Of a stretch of 64,000 nt of DNA, positions 1 to 13,318 are shown one piece after another. How positions within the stretch are numbered: position 1 is the first letter of the stretch; every line of letters starts with the position of its first letter. The stretch is from Acidovorax sp. Lineage in GTDB: Bacteria > Pseudomonadota > Gammaproteobacteria > Burkholderiales > Burkholderiaceae_C. Where the stretch lies: positions 2,341 through 66,340 of the forward strand of contig NZ_JASGDA010000088.1 of the NCBI RefSeq assembly GCF_047607405.1, read 5' to 3'. The position numbers were made by a program, and so were the translations under genes. The notes below the pieces were generated by a model. It had not been told where the DNA came from and ran no database searches. It saw only the letters and a program-made list of their open reading frames with translations.

Positions 1-1625
1 CCGATCAGGCGGCTGACGGCGTGGCGCTCCATGTACTCGGACATGTCGAAGCGGATCAGCTCGATGCCCATGATGTACGCGAGCTGCTTGGCCGCCTCGG
101 TCTTGCCCACGCCCGTGGGGCCGCTGAACAGGAAGGAGCCGATGGGCTTGTCGCCCTTGCCCAGGCCCGAGCGCGCCATCTTGACGGCAGAGGCCAGCAC
201 TTCGAGCGCCTTGTCCTGGCCAAAGACCACGCTTTTCAGGTCGCGCTCCAGCGTCTGCAGCTTGCCGCGGTCGTCGTTGCTCACGTTCGCGGGCGGGATG
301 CGTGCGATCTTGGCGACGATTTCCTCGATCTCGGCCTTGCCGATGGTCTTCTTGCGCTTGCTGGCCACCAGGATGCGCTGCGCCGCGCCCGCCTCGTCGA
401 TCACGTCGATGGCCTTGTCGGGCAGGTGGCGGTCGTTGATGTACTTGGCCGACAGCTCGGCGGCGGCCTGCAGCGCGGCTGCAGCGTATTTGACGCTGTG
501 GTGCTCCTCGAAGCGGCTCTTGAGGCCCTTGAGGATCTCGATGGTCTCGGGCACCGTGGGCTCGACCACGTCCACCTTCTGGAAGCGGCGGGACAGGGCC
601 GCGTCTTTTTCAAAGATGCCGCGGTATTCGGTGAACGTGGTCGCGCCGATGCACTTGAGCTGGCCGCTGGAGAGCGCGGGCTTGAGCAGGTTGGACGCGT
701 CCAGCGTGCCGCCCGAGGCAGCGCCCGCGCCGATGAGGGTGTGGATCTCGTCGATGAACAGGATGGCGTTGGGCTTGTCCTTCAGGCTCTTGAGCACGCC
801 CTTCAGGCGCTGCTCGAAGTCGCCCCGGTACTTGGTGCCCGCCAGCAGCGCGCCCATGTCCAGCGAATACACCGTGGCTTCAGCCAGGATCTCGGGCACG
901 TCGTTCTGCGTGATGCGCCAGGCCAGGCCCTCGGCAATCGCCGTCTTACCCACGCCTGCCTCGCCCACCAGCAGCGGGTTGTTCTTGCGGCGGCGGCACA
1001 GGATCTGGATGGTGCGCTCGACCTCGTAGTGGCGGCCGATCAGCGGGTCGATGCGACCGTCCTTGGCGGCCTGGTTGAGGTTCTGGGTGAACTGCTCCAG
1101 GGGCGATGCCTTTTCGCTGCGCTCGCCGCCACCCGCGCCCTCTTCGCCCTCGGCCTGGTTCTCGGCCTTGGCGGGCTCGGGGGGCTCGCCCTTCTTGATG
1201 CCGTGGGCGATGAAGTTGACCACGTCCAGGCGCGTGACGCCCTGCTGGTGCAGGTAATAGACGGCGTGCGAATCCTTCTCGCCGAAGATGGCCACGAGCA
1301 CGTTGGCGCCCGTCACCTCTTTCTTGCCGTTGCCGGTGGACTGCACGTGCATGATGGCGCGCTGGATCACGCGCTGGAAGCCCAGCGTGGGCTGCGTGTC
1401 CACCTCGTCGGTACCGGCGACCTGGGGCGTGTTGTCCTTGATGAAGTTCGTCAGCGACGAGCGCAGGTCGTCGATGTTGGCCGAACATGCGCGCAGCACT
1501 TCCGCTGCGCTGGGGTTATCGAGCAATGCAAGCAACAGATGCTCCACGGTGATGAACTCGTGGCGCTGCTGACGGGCCTCGACGAAGGCCATGTGCAAGC
1601 TGACTTCCAGTTCCTGGGCAATCAT
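1..1625 (-). CDS. clpA: ATP-dependent Clp protease ATP-binding subunit ClpA (N-terminal ~540 codons; 3' end lies beyond the window edge)
   Basis: The minus-strand translation from the ATG at 1625 reads [22 protein letters not shown]. The second Walker A motif [10 protein letters not shown] is encoded near 100-130. It is absent from the ORF track because it runs off the window edge. The 21..1901 + ORF is its antisense shadow. Confidence 0.93.
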   Translation of the reverse strand, partial: MIAQELEVSLHMAFVEARQQRHEFITVEHLLLALLDNPSAAEVLRACSANIDDLRSSLTNFIKDNTPQVAGTDEVDTQPTLGFQRVIQRAIMHVQSTGNGKKEVTGANVLVAIFGEKDSHAVYYLHQQGVTRLDVVNFIAHGIKKGEPPEPAKAENQAEGEEGAGGGERSEKASPLEQFTQNLNQAAKDGRIDPLIGRHYEVERTIQILCRRRKNNPLLVGEAGVGKTAIAEGLAWRITQNDVPEILAEATVYSLDMGALLAGTKYRGDFEQRLKGVLKSLKDKPNAILFIDEIHTLIGAGAASGGTLDASNLLKPALSSGQLKCIGATTFTEYRGIFEKDAALSRRFQKVDVVEPTVPETIEILKGLKSRFEEHHSVKYAAAALQAAAELSAKYINDRHLPDKAIDVIDEAGAAQRILVASKRKKTIGKAEIEEIVAKIARIPPANVSNDDRGKLQTLERDLKSVVFGQDKALEVLASAVKMARSGLGKGDKPIGSFLFSGPTGVGKTEAAKQLAYIMGIELIRFDMSEYMERHAVSRLI

Positions 1626-1684
1626 GTGAGAACTCCTTTGTGCTTGCGTGAAAAGAATGACTGTAGATCGGGGCCAAAGACCTG

Positions 1685-2053
1685 TTATTCAACAGGTTCA
1701 CTGACACATTGCAGCGGGTGGCCCGCCTTGGCGGCGGCATCGAGCACCTGTTCCACCTTGGTGGCGGCCACGTCGCGCGAATACACGCCGCAGACGCCTT
1801 TGCCGTCCAGGTGGATCTTGAGCATGATCTGCGTGGCCGTTTCGCGGTCTTTGGCGAAGAACTCCTGCAGCATGACGATAACGAACTCCATGGGGGTGTA
1901 GTCGTCGTTGAGCATGACCACCTGGTGCATTTTGGGCGGCTGGGTGCGCTGGGTGCGCCGCTCCAGCACGACCGAACCGCCGTCGTCCCGCGCAGGCCGG
2001 ACCACGGGCGGCGCGGTGGGGGTGGAAGGTGGTTTTGTTGCCATGAAATTCAT
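1685..2053 (-). CDS. clpS: ATP-dependent Clp protease adaptor ClpS
   Basis: The tail of ORF 1685..2368 reads [25 protein letters not shown]...[12 protein letters not shown], the ClpS core. It lies directly upstream of clpA. The start was chosen at MNFMATK; an alternative ATG is at 2044. Confidence 0.9.
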   Translation of the reverse strand: MNFMATKPPSTPTAPPVVRPARDDGGSVVLERRTQRTQPPKMHQVVMLNDDYTPMEFVIVMLQEFFAKDRETATQIMLKIHLDGKGVCGVYSRDVAATKVEQVLDAAAKAGHPLQCVSEPVE

Positions 2054-2084
2054 TCTAGCGGCCTCTGCCGTGGCCTGATTCCGG

Positions 2085-5000
2085 CTATTCGTAAACCACC
2101 GTGGCCGCAGCGGACTGCGCCGTCCAGGCGGCCAGGGCCGCGTCGGTGGGGTAGAAGCGGGCGCTGTCGCCCAATTGCAGTTCGGCCACCGCCGTGTCGC
2201 CTTCGCCCGCGCAGCGCACGCCCATGCGCACGCGCAAACCGTGGTGCAGCACGTCGCCCTCGGGCAGCTCCTCGCGGCGTGGGGGGAATTCGCGCACCAG
2301 GCGCTGCACGTCGGGGCCTTTGTCCTGCACGGCCACGTGCAGGTATTTGCCGAAGCGGCAGCGCGCACCCGCCAGGTCCCACAGCTGCTGCACCTTCACA
2401 CGCAAGCCGCCGCTGAAGTGGTCCTGCTGCAAGCGGCCCGCGATGACCACGAATTCGTCGTCCTTGAGCTGGTTGCGGTAGGTGTTGAGCTGCGCCTCGT
2501 CGGCGGACGCCTCGATCACGCCGGACTTGTCGTCCAGCCGGAACAGCGCCAGCTTGCCGCGCTGGCCGTTGATGACGCGCAGGTCGCTGATGATGCCGGC
2601 CAGCACCTGGGGCTCGCGGCTGTCCAGCAGTTCGTCGATGGGAGTGCGCACGAAACGCCGCACCTCGGTGGCGACCTCGTCGAACAGGTGGCCCGAGAGG
2701 TAGAAGCCGATGGCCGTTTTCTCTTGCGTGAGCCGCTCCTTGATGCCCCAGGGCAGCACGTCCACCAGCGCGGGCTCCTGCGTGCTGGAGCCATGGGCGT
2801 CGTCACCCATCATGTCGAACAGACCGCCCTGGTTCACATTCGCCAGCGTGGCGGCAGCGAATTCGAAGGCGCGGTCGATGGACGCGACCAGCCCGGCGCG
2901 GTTGAGGTGCAGCGAATCGAATGCGCCCGCCTTGATGAGCGCCTCCACCGTGCGCTTGTTGATGCGCTGGCGGTCCACCCGAACACAAAAGTCGAACAGG
3001 CTCTTGAACGGCCCGGTGGTCGATCCCTGCGGCCCCTCGCCCCGCCCTTCGCGGGCGGCGATGATGGCCTCGATGGCCTGCTGGCCCGTGCCCTTCACGG
3101 CGCCCAGACCGTAGCGGATGATCTTGTCGGTGACGGGCTCGAAACGGTACATGCCCCGGTTCACGTCCGGCGGCTCGAAGCTGATGCCGAAGTGCTTGAC
3201 CGCGTCTTCGTACAGCACCTTGAGCTTGTCGGTGTCGTCCATTTCCACGGTCATGTTCGCGCAGTAGAACTCGGCCGTGTAATGCACCTTGAGCCAGCCC
3301 GTGTGGTAGGCCAGCAGCGAGTAGGCAGCGGCGTGCGACTTGTTGAAGCCATAGCCCGCGAACTTCTCCATCAGGTCAAACACCTCGTCGGCCTTCTCCT
3401 GGCTGATGCCCTTTTCCGCCGCGCCCTTGCGGAAGATGGCGCGGTGCTCGGCCATCTCCTCGGCCTTCTTCTTGCCCATGGCCCGGCGCAGCATGTCGGC
3501 GCCGCCCAGGCTGTAGCCGCCCAGCACCTGGGCGGTCTGCATCACCTGCTCCTGATAGACCATGATGCCGTAGGTCTCGGCCAGCACGGGCTCCACGAGC
3601 GGGTGCGGGTACTCCACCGGTTCCTTGCCGTGCTTGCGGTTCACGAAGGTGGGGATCAGGTCCATGGGCCCCGGGCGGTAGAGCGCGTTCAGGGCGATCA
3701 GGTCTTCCAACCGGCTCGGACGCGCCTCCTTGAGCATGCCCTGCATGCCGCGCGATTCAAACTGGAACACGGCCTCGGTCTTGCCGTCGGAGAACAGCTT
3801 GTAGGTGGGGCCATCGTCCAGCGGGATGTGCTCGAACGCGAAGTTCTCCTGGCCCTTGTGGCGCCGGGTGATGAACTCGCGCGCGATCTCCAGGATGGTG
3901 AGCGTGGCCAACCCCAGAAAGTCGAACTTGACAAGGCCGATGGCCTCCACGTCGTCCTTGTCGTACTGGCTCACGGCCGATTCGCTGCCGGGCTGCTGGT
4001 AGAGCGGGCAGAAGTCGGTGAGCTTGCCCGGCGCGATCAGCACGCCGCCCGCATGCATGCCGATGTTGCGCGTCATGCCTTCGAGCTTCTGCGCCATCTC
4101 GATGATGGTGCGCACGTCCTCTTCCTTGCGCACGCGCTCGTAGAGCAGGGGCTCCAGCTCCAGCGCGTAGTTGTTCTTGTCGCCCTCCTTCTTGGGCTCG
4201 GGCGGATAGGCCAGCGTGTAGGTCTGGCCGGGCTTGCCGGGCACCAGCTTGGAGATGCCGTCGCAGAACGTGTAGCTCATGTCCATCACACGGCCCACGT
4301 CGCGGATGGCAGCCTTGGCGGCCATGGTGCCGAAGGTGGCGATCTGGCTGACGGCATCCTTGCCGTACTTCTCCTTCACGTAGTCGATCACGCGGTCGCG
4401 GTTGGACTGGCAGAAGTCGATGTCGAAGTCGGGCATCGACACCCGCTCCGGGTTCAGGAAGCGCTCGAACAGCAGGTTGTACTGCAGCGGGTCCAGGTCG
4501 GTGATCTTGAGCGCATAGGCCACGAGCGAGCCCGCGCCCGAGCCCCGGCCCGGCCCCACGGGGCAGCCGTTGTTCTTGGCCCACTGGATGAAGTCGCCCA
4601 CGATGAGGAAGTAGCCCGGAAAGCCCATCTTGAGGATGGTGCCGATCTCGAACTCCAACCGCTCCACGTAGCGGGGCCGCTGCCTGTCGCGCTCTGCGGT
4701 GTCGGGGTAGAGCAGCGCCAGGCGCTCCTCCAGGCCCTCGAACGACGCCTGGCGGAAGTAATCGTCCATCGACAACCCGCCAGGGATGGGGAAGTCCGGC
4801 AACTGCGGCTTGCCCAGCACCAGCGTGAGGTTGCAGCGCTGCGCGATCTCCACCGTGTTGGCGATGGCCGAGGGCACGTCGGCGAACAGCGCTTCCATCT
4901 CCGCAGACGACTTGAAATACTGGTCGCGCGTGAACTTGCGCACGCGGCGCGGGTTGGCAAGAATCTCGCCCTCCGCGATGCAGATGCGGGCCTCGTGCGC

Positions 5001-5627
5001 CTCGTAGTCGTCCGCCGTGGCGAACTGCACCGGGTGCGTGGCCACTACGGGCAGGTTCAGCCGCGCCGCCAACTGGACGGCGGCCACGACGTGGCTTTCG
5101 TCATCGGCACGGCCCGCGCGCTGCAGTTCGATGTAGAAGCGGTGCGGAAACAGCCCCGCCAGCCGCAATGCCAGGCTGGCGGCGCCAGGTTCATCACCCC
5201 GGAGCAGCGCCTGCCCCACCGGCCCTGCCTGCGCGCCCGCCAGCAGGATCAGCCCTTCCGACAGTTCCTCCAGCCAGGCCCAGGTACACAGCGGCTGGTT
5301 CTTGACCACGTTGCGCGTCCAGGCGCGGGCGAGCAGTTCCGACAAATGAAGGTATCCCTGGCGGCTCTGCACCAGCACGACGATGCGCGACGGCGCTGCG
5401 CCCGCATCGCCCTCCAGAAAAATCTCGGCCCCCAGGATGGGCTTGACGCCCTTGCCACGGGCTTCCTTGTAGAACTTGACCGCGCCAAACAGGTTGTTGA
5501 GATCGGTGATGGCCAGCGCGGGCTGGCCGTCGCGGGCGGCGGCCTTGGCCACCTCGTCGATGCGGTTGGTGCCGTCAACGACGGAAAATTCTGTGTGCAG
5601 GCGCAAGTGGACAAACATGGCGGCCAT
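2085..5627 (-). CDS. dnaE: DNA polymerase III subunit alpha
   Basis: The ORF 2085..6545 contains [16 protein letters not shown] (PHP domain) through the C-terminal OB region. The start was trimmed to MAAMFVH at 5627 (or 5618), giving about 1180 aa. Confidence 0.95.
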   Translation of the reverse strand: MAAMFVHLRLHTEFSVVDGTNRIDEVAKAAARDGQPALAITDLNNLFGAVKFYKEARGKGVKPILGAEIFLEGDAGAAPSRIVVLVQSRQGYLHLSELLARAWTRNVVKNQPLCTWAWLEELSEGLILLAGAQAGPVGQALLRGDEPGAASLALRLAGLFPHRFYIELQRAGRADDESHVVAAVQLAARLNLPVVATHPVQFATADDYEAHEARICIAEGEILANPRRVRKFTRDQYFKSSAEMEALFADVPSAIANTVEIAQRCNLTLVLGKPQLPDFPIPGGLSMDDYFRQASFEGLEERLALLYPDTAERDRQRPRYVERLEFEIGTILKMGFPGYFLIVGDFIQWAKNNGCPVGPGRGSGAGSLVAYALKITDLDPLQYNLLFERFLNPERVSMPDFDIDFCQSNRDRVIDYVKEKYGKDAVSQIATFGTMAAKAAIRDVGRVMDMSYTFCDGISKLVPGKPGQTYTLAYPPEPKKEGDKNNYALELEPLLYERVRKEEDVRTIIEMAQKLEGMTRNIGMHAGGVLIAPGKLTDFCPLYQQPGSESAVSQYDKDDVEAIGLVKFDFLGLATLTILEIAREFITRRHKGQENFAFEHIPLDDGPTYKLFSDGKTEAVFQFESRGMQGMLKEARPSRLEDLIALNALYRPGPMDLIPTFVNRKHGKEPVEYPHPLVEPVLAETYGIMVYQEQVMQTAQVLGGYSLGGADMLRRAMGKKKAEEMAEHRAIFRKGAAEKGISQEKADEVFDLMEKFAGYGFNKSHAAAYSLLAYHTGWLKVHYTAEFYCANMTVEMDDTDKLKVLYEDAVKHFGISFEPPDVNRGMYRFEPVTDKIIRYGLGAVKGTGQQAIEAIIAAREGRGEGPQGSTTGPFKSLFDFCVRVDRQRINKRTVEALIKAGAFDSLHLNRAGLVASIDRAFEFAAATLANVNQGGLFDMMGDDAHGSSTQEPALVDVLPWGIKERLTQEKTAIGFYLSGHLFDEVATEVRRFVRTPIDELLDSREPQVLAGIISDLRVINGQRGKLALFRLDDKSGVIEASADEAQLNTYRNQLKDDEFVVIAGRLQQDHFSGGLRVKVQQLWDLAGARCRFGKYLHVAVQDKGPDVQRLVREFPPRREELPEGDVLHHGLRVRMGVRCAGEGDTAVAELQLGDSARFYPTDAALAAWTAQSAAATVVYE

Positions 5628-5684
5628 TGTAGAAAGGGCGCGCCGGTACAATTCCCGATCCTGTTTTGCTGAAAGCTGCTTTCG

Positions 5685-6482
5685 ATGCCGCGTTACTCCC
5701 TGCCACTCGTTTCCGCTCTGCTGGCCATCGGCCTGTTGGCGGGCTGCTCCAGTACCAGCGATGACAAAACGGCCAACTGGAGCCCCAACCGCATCCACTC
5801 GGAAGCCCAGGACGAACTCAACAGCGGCTCCTACGACAAGGCCATTCCGCTGTACGAGAAACTCGAAGGCCGCGCCGCAGGCACCCCGCTGGCCCAGCAG
5901 GCCCAGATCGACAAGGCTTACGCGCAGTACAAGTCGGGCGAGAAGGCCCAGGCCATCGCCACGCTCGACCGCTTCATGAAGCTGCACCCCGCCAGCCCCG
6001 CGCTCGACTACGCGCTCTACCTGAAAGGGCTGGTCAACTTCAACGACAACCTGGGCCTGTTCTCGTTCATCTCGCGCCAGGACCTGTCCGAGCGCGACCA
6101 GAAAGCAGCCAAGGACTCGTTCGAGTCCTTCAGCGAACTGGTCACGCGCTTTCCCGATTCGCGCTACACGCCGGACGCGCGCCAGCGCATGACCTACATC
6201 GTCAACTCGCTGGCGCAGTACGAGGTACACGTGGCACGCTACTACTTTCAGCGCGGTGCCTACGTAGCGGCCATCAACCGCGCGCAGGTGGCGCTGTCCG
6301 ACTACCAGGGCGTGCCCGCGCTCGAAGAAGCGCTGTACATCCTCATCCAGTCCTACGACGCCCTGGGCATGACCCAGTTGCGCGACGATGCGCGCCGGGT
6401 GATGGACGCCTCGTACCCGCAGAGCGCCTACCTGCGCAGCGGCTTCAAGGAGAAGTCGGATCCGTGGTGGAAGTTCTGGTGA
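5685..6482 (+). CDS. bamD: outer membrane protein assembly factor BamD (lipoprotein)
   Basis: It has a lipobox LLAGCSS and TPR-like BamD/YfiO sequence (YEKLEGRAAGTPLAQQAQIDKAYAQYK). It sits divergent to dnaE. Confidence 0.88.
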   Translation: MPRYSLPLVSALLAIGLLAGCSSTSDDKTANWSPNRIHSEAQDELNSGSYDKAIPLYEKLEGRAAGTPLAQQAQIDKAYAQYKSGEKAQAIATLDRFMKLHPASPALDYALYLKGLVNFNDNLGLFSFISRQDLSERDQKAAKDSFESFSELVTRFPDSRYTPDARQRMTYIVNSLAQYEVHVARYYFQRGAYVAAINRAQVALSDYQGVPALEEALYILIQSYDALGMTQLRDDARRVMDASYPQSAYLRSGFKEKSDPWWKFW

Positions 6483-6515
6483 GCGCGCTGGGTTAGCAAT
6501 GCGGTGCAATGCCGC

Positions 6516-6568
6516 AAAAATGATAGCTGCTAGCACCCGACCCATAAGCGCTAGAGGCCAATTTGACT
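6516..6568 (+). repeat. GATAGCTG-hairpin-AGGCCAATTTGA repeat, copy A
   Basis: Sequence AAAAATGATAGCTGCTAGCACCCGACCCATAAGCGCTAGAGGCCAATTTGACTC. It lies between convergent bamD and the MBL hydrolase gene, and its end abuts the TTA stop codon at 6570. Confidence 0.85.
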
Positions 6569-6569
6569 C

Positions 6570-7676
6570 TTATTTCTGCAGCCGCCACCAGCGGCTGCCC
6601 TCCTGCGGCGCGTTCATGTCCACGCGCTCGCCCATCAGGGGCGTGGCCACGCGCACGCCGCGCTCGGCGGCGTAGCGCAGCACCTGCTCGAACGGGTCGT
6701 CCCAGGCGTGCATCGCCAGGTCGAACGTGCCGTTGTGGATGGGCAGCAGCCAGCGCCCGCGCAGGTCCTGGTGCGCCTGCACGGTTTCGGGCGGGTGCAT
6801 GTGGACGTAGGGCCACTGCGCGTTGTAGGCGCCGGTTTCGATCAGCGTCAGGTCGAAAGGGCCGAAACGCTGGCCGATCTCGGCAAAGCCCTCGAAGTAG
6901 CCGCTGTCGCCGCTGAAGAACAGGCGAAAGGCGTCGTCCTGGATGACCCACGAGCCCCACAGCGTGCGGTTGCCGTCGGTGAGGCTGCGGCCCGAGAAGT
7001 GCTGCGTGGGCGTGAGGGTGAGTTTCAGGCCCTCCACCTCGGTGCCCTGCCACCAGTCGAACTGCGCAATCTTGCCCTGCGGCACGCCCCAGTCCACCAG
7101 CCGGTCGCCCACGCCCAGCGGGGCGAGGAACTGCTGCACCTTGCCCGCCAGCTGCCGGATGGCGGCGTGGTCGAGGTGGTCGTAGTGGTCGTAGTGGTCG
7201 TGCGACAGGATCACGGCGCGGATGGGCGGCAGTTCGTCGATGCCGATGGGCGGCGCATGGAAGCGCTTGGGGCCCATGAACTGCACGGGCGCGGCACGGT
7301 CGCTGAACACCGGGTCGGTCAGCCACCACTGGCCGCGCAGCTTCATCAGCAGCGTGGAGTGGCCCAGGCGGTACAGGCTGCGGTCGGGCGCGGCGTCCAG
7401 GTCGGCGCGGGTCAGGCGCTGGATGGGTATGGGCGACGGGGGCACGGTGCCTGCGGGCTTGTTGAACAAAAAGTCCCACCACACGCGCAGCGTGGATTCG
7501 GGCATGTCGCCGGGGCCGGGCGGGCGCGGGTTATGAAAGCGCCCTTCGTGCGACTGGGGGGATGCGGCGTAGTCGCCGATAGGGGGTTGCAGCATGGCGT
7601 AGGTGGCCCCGGCGATGAGTACAACGAGGGAAAGCCCGCCGACGAGGCGGGCAGCGGATGCAAAACGCACGTTCAA
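6570..7676 (-). CDS. MBL-fold metallo-hydrolase (NAPE-PLD-like)
   Basis: It has the SHDHYDH metal-binding motif, an N-terminal TM/signal segment, and a complete 368-aa ORF. Confidence 0.8.
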   Translation of the reverse strand: MNVRFASAARLVGGLSLVVLIAGATYAMLQPPIGDYAASPQSHEGRFHNPRPPGPGDMPESTLRVWWDFLFNKPAGTVPPSPIPIQRLTRADLDAAPDRSLYRLGHSTLLMKLRGQWWLTDPVFSDRAAPVQFMGPKRFHAPPIGIDELPPIRAVILSHDHYDHYDHLDHAAIRQLAGKVQQFLAPLGVGDRLVDWGVPQGKIAQFDWWQGTEVEGLKLTLTPTQHFSGRSLTDGNRTLWGSWVIQDDAFRLFFSGDSGYFEGFAEIGQRFGPFDLTLIETGAYNAQWPYVHMHPPETVQAHQDLRGRWLLPIHNGTFDLAMHAWDDPFEQVLRYAAERGVRVATPLMGERVDMNAPQEGSRWWRLQK

Positions 7677-7685
7677 CCGCGCGCC

Positions 7686-8603
7686 TTATGCGCCCAGGTG
7701 CTTCTTGTAGAACGGCGCAAGCTTTGCCACCGCCTTGTCGGTGGCCTCGGGCTGGTCGTACAGGTCGTAGTGGGTGGCGCCATCGACGACGTAGAGGTCT
7801 TTCTCGCCCTTCACGCGCTCGTACAACTCCCGCCCGTCCTTCATCGAGCCGAACGCGCCAGGCACGCTGCCGGTGATGATCTGGATGGGCTGCACCAGCA
7901 GCTCTTCGACCAGGTGGAAGGCATCGAAGGCCAGCACGCTCGCCAGGCTGGTGAAGCGCAGCTTGTTGGGCGCGCAGGCGTTCTGGCCGCGCGGGGTGCG
8001 GTAGTACTCCACGGCCTGGATGTGATCGACATCGTTCATGCCCGCCTGCTCGCGCTCCCGCGCGCTGTTGGGGATCCAGGGGGTGACCAGCGGCTCGGCC
8101 CCGCGCGCCTCGGCGGTGCGCTGCTTGCCCACGTTCTCCAGCATGGCGGCAGCGCCGTAGCTGCGGTACAGCTTGCCGATGTTGGCGCCGACCACGGAGC
8201 CGACGGCCTTGATGCGATGCTCGGTCATGGCAGCGTTCACCGCGTAGCCGCCGCCCGCGCACACGCCCAGCACGCCGATCTTTTCTTCGTCCACATAGGG
8301 GAGCGTCACCAGGTAGTCCACCGCGCAGCGCACGTCTTCCACGCGCGTCGCGGGGTCTTCGATGTAGCGCGGCTCGCCGCCGCTTTCGCCCTGGAACGAG
8401 GCGTCGAAGGCGATCGCCACGAAGCCCTGCGCGGCCAGCTTGCCCGCATACAGGCCCGCCGTCTGGCCCTTGCAGCTGCTGCCAGGGTGTACGCAGACGA
8501 TGGCGGGGTACTGCTTGACGGCGTCGAAGCCCGGGGGCAGGTACAACTCGGCGGCCACCTCCCAGGTGCGGTTCTTGAAAGTGACGGATTGCTTTTGGCT
8601 CAT
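7686..8603 (-). CDS. alpha/beta hydrolase (dienelactone-hydrolase-like)
   Basis: It has a GVCAGG nucleophile elbow and an alpha/beta-hydrolase-like sequence. The start was set at MSQKQSV, preceded by AAGGAAAG. Confidence 0.75.
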   Translation of the reverse strand: MSQKQSVTFKNRTWEVAAELYLPPGFDAVKQYPAIVCVHPGSSCKGQTAGLYAGKLAAQGFVAIAFDASFQGESGGEPRYIEDPATRVEDVRCAVDYLVTLPYVDEEKIGVLGVCAGGGYAVNAAMTEHRIKAVGSVVGANIGKLYRSYGAAAMLENVGKQRTAEARGAEPLVTPWIPNSAREREQAGMNDVDHIQAVEYYRTPRGQNACAPNKLRFTSLASVLAFDAFHLVEELLVQPIQIITGSVPGAFGSMKDGRELYERVKGEKDLYVVDGATHYDLYDQPEATDKAVAKLAPFYKKHLGA

Positions 8604-8716
8604 GCTGTCTTTCCTTGGCTCAATGAATGGGATGGACGCCACTTTAAATGGCCCAAGACGTATGATCCATACATTAGAGTACGCTATTTCATCGCCATCG
8701 TACGGATTTATCGCCC

Positions 8717-9634
8717 ATGGACCCGCTTTCCGACGTTCTCTCCCTGCTGCAGCCGCGCAGCCAGTACTACGCGGGCTTCGACGCGGCGGGCGACTGGTCT
8801 TTCGACTTTCCGCCGCATGAAGGCATCAAGTTCACCGCCGTGGTGCGCGGCACCTGCTGGGGCATGGCCGACGGGCTGACCGCGCCGGTGCGCTTCGAGG
8901 CCGGGGACTGCTACCTGCTCAACAGCGGGCGGCGCTTCGTGCTGTCGTCCGACCCGGCCCTGCCGCCGCAGGACCCGGCCCTGGTCCTGGACGCCGCCGC
9001 CCGCGAAGGCATCGCGGTACACAACGGCGGCGGCGAGGTGCTCCTCATCAGCGGGCGCTTCGACTTCTCGGGCCACCATGCCGCCGTGCTGTTCGACGCG
9101 CTGCCGCCCATGATCCACATCCCCAGCGCATCGGCCCAGGCCGGGGTGCTGCGCTGGGCGCTGGAGCAATTGACCAGCGAGCTGCGCCAGCAGCAACCGG
9201 GCGGCACGCTCATGTCCACGCACCTGGCGCACCTGATGCTGGTGCAGGCGCTGCGGCTGTTCCTGAGCGCGCACGGCGACGCGCCCCGGGGCTGGTTCCT
9301 GGCCCTGACCGACCGGCAGATCAGCCCCGCCATCGGCGCCATCCACGCCCAGCCCGACCGCGCCTGGACGCTGGAGCAACTGGCCCGCATCGCAGGCGTC
9401 TCGCGCACGGTGTTCGCGCAGCGCTTCAAAGCGCTGGTGGGTAGCACGGTGATGGACTACCTGACGCGCTGGCGCATGCTGCTGGCCGCCGACCGCCTGC
9501 GCCGGGGCGGGGAGAAGGTGTCGTCGATCGCGTTTTCGCTGGGGTACGAGTCGGAAAGCTCGTTCAGCGCGGCGTTCAAGCGGACGATGGCGTGTTCGCC
9601 CACGCAGTACCGCAGGCAGGTTGCCGGGGGTTAG
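8717..9634 (+). CDS. AraC family transcriptional regulator (cupin N-domain)
   Basis: The C-terminal AraC HTH reads SIAFSLGYESESSFSAAFKR. It is divergent from the hydrolase gene. Confidence 0.85.
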   Translation: MDPLSDVLSLLQPRSQYYAGFDAAGDWSFDFPPHEGIKFTAVVRGTCWGMADGLTAPVRFEAGDCYLLNSGRRFVLSSDPALPPQDPALVLDAAAREGIAVHNGGGEVLLISGRFDFSGHHAAVLFDALPPMIHIPSASAQAGVLRWALEQLTSELRQQQPGGTLMSTHLAHLMLVQALRLFLSAHGDAPRGWFLALTDRQISPAIGAIHAQPDRAWTLEQLARIAGVSRTVFAQRFKALVGSTVMDYLTRWRMLLAADRLRRGGEKVSSIAFSLGYESESSFSAAFKRTMACSPTQYRRQVAGG

Positions 9635-9638
9635 ACCT

Positions 9639-9887
9639 ATGGATCAGAAAATTCGCTTCCCGCTCGTGAGCGTTGGCGTCTTCCTCTGCGTTGCGGCGCT
9701 GAGCCTGCTGGTATGGCAGGTATCCGAATCGCACTGTGCTTTCGGATTTGGCGGGTTTCAATGCAATGGATGGGCCAGCGGGTGGAGCGGTTTCCTGTTC
9801 GCCTGGTCGCTTCTCGCCCTGGTGCTGGTTCCAGGCGCCCTTGGCGTTGCCGTCTGGCGCATGGTGCGCTGGTACCGCAGCGGGTGA
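9639..9887 (+). CDS. hypothetical small membrane protein (two predicted TM segments)
   Basis: It is an ORF starting MDQKIRFPLVSVGVFLCVAALSLLVW with a second hydrophobic stretch. I recognise no family. The local GC is lower than the surroundings. Confidence 0.4.
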   Translation: MDQKIRFPLVSVGVFLCVAALSLLVWQVSESHCAFGFGGFQCNGWASGWSGFLFAWSLLALVLVPGALGVAVWRMVRWYRSG

Positions 9888-9896
9888 GCCAGAGTT

Positions 9897-9953
9897 TCAA
9901 GCCTTTTTGCCCTCTGGCGCTTATCCATAAAGCACCAGGCGCTATGATTTTTG
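9897..9953 (-). repeat. GATAGC-hairpin repeat, copy B (variant)
   Basis: The minus strand reads AAAAATCATAGCGCCTGGTGCTTTATGGATAAGCGCCAGAGGGCAAAAAGGCTTGA. It lies between convergent genes. Confidence 0.75.
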
Positions 9954-9961
9954 ATGAAATC

Positions 9962-10216
9962 TCAGGGGCTTGGCAGCCGATCGTCGTCGGCCGGAGCTTG
10001 CCCGCCGTCGCGGCGCAGAAAGGCCAGTGCGGCGTCCAGGTCTCCCATGCGGCCGCGCTCCAGAAAATAATCCGCCGTTTTCATCGCGGCCAGCTTTTCG
10101 GCCACCGCACTGACGATGAATTGGTTGAGGGTGGAGCCATCTTCACGCGCCACCTGCTCGGCTCCAGCCTTCAGCGACAAAGGCAGACGCAAGGCGTAGT
10201 TGCTTTGGGTTCCCAT
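9962..10216 (-). CDS. ribbon-helix-helix (HicB/Arc-type) putative antitoxin
   Basis: MGTQSNYALRLPLSLKAGAEQVAREDGSTLNQFIVSAVAEKLAA is an RHH pattern. An AAGGAG RBS precedes it. It starts 2 nt after the PIN gene stop codon. Confidence 0.7.
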   Translation of the reverse strand: MGTQSNYALRLPLSLKAGAEQVAREDGSTLNQFIVSAVAEKLAAMKTADYFLERGRMGDLDAALAFLRRDGGQAPADDDRLPSP

Positions 10217-10218
10217 GA

Positions 10219-10647
10219 TCAAGCTCCTTGAAAGTATTGCGCTGGCCCGATGACCGGGATACCAAAGCGCGCTGCCTGCGGCAGAAAGTCGCGCTGGTTG
10301 AACGTCACCAGCGTGACGGGCTGCCCCTGCCCCAGACCGTTCACGGCCAGCTCCAGCACCATGTCGTCGTTGGGGTCGCGCAGTTGGGGCCGCCACAAGA
10401 ATTGGATGGATACGGGCACCAGCACTCGGGCCAAAACGTGAAGCGTGTTGCGCACATCCTCAGGCTGCGCACCGGCTGCCGCCAACTGCTCAGGGCGCAT
10501 CAGAACCGCCTCGTATTCCATGAACAAGGGCACGCTGCACAACACGGGCACCTGGCGCAAAAGCGCCCGGCGCAGCAACTCGGCAGAGGCCCCTGCCGGG
10601 CTGCGCACGGCTGCTACCAGTACATTCGTGTCCAGCACATAATTCAT
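10219..10647 (-). CDS. PIN-domain putative toxin (PIN_3-like)
   Basis: It starts MNYVLDTNVLVAAV and has acidic PIN residues (D6, E44, D93-D94 region). Confidence 0.75.
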   Translation of the reverse strand: MNYVLDTNVLVAAVRSPAGASAELLRRALLRQVPVLCSVPLFMEYEAVLMRPEQLAAAGAQPEDVRNTLHVLARVLVPVSIQFLWRPQLRDPNDDMVLELAVNGLGQGQPVTLVTFNQRDFLPQAARFGIPVIGPAQYFQGA

Positions 10648-10693
10648 ATTGCCAGCAATATATCACTGGCTTCTTGAATTTGCAGCTGGAGGG

Positions 10694-13318
<2,625 letters not shown>

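Noticed and set aside
21-1901. Long ORFs on the strand opposite recognised genes. Examples are 21..1901+, 2175..5672+, 10649..11875+, 15320..17725-, 39975..42347-, 47441..49774+, 51578..53485+ and 61376..63679-.
   Set aside because: These are typical stop-poor antisense or off-frame shadows in very GC-rich DNA. Their translations are Arg/Ala/Gly/His-rich low-complexity sequences. In each case the other strand or frame encodes a clearly recognisable conserved protein.
2054-2084. The dnaE-clpS spacer (minus strand GAATAGCCGG...CAGAGGCCGCTAGAATGAATTTCATG) as a vestigial copy of the repeat.
   Set aside because: Only about 30 nt are available and only the ATAGC and AGAGGCC blocks match. That is too short to distinguish from chance.
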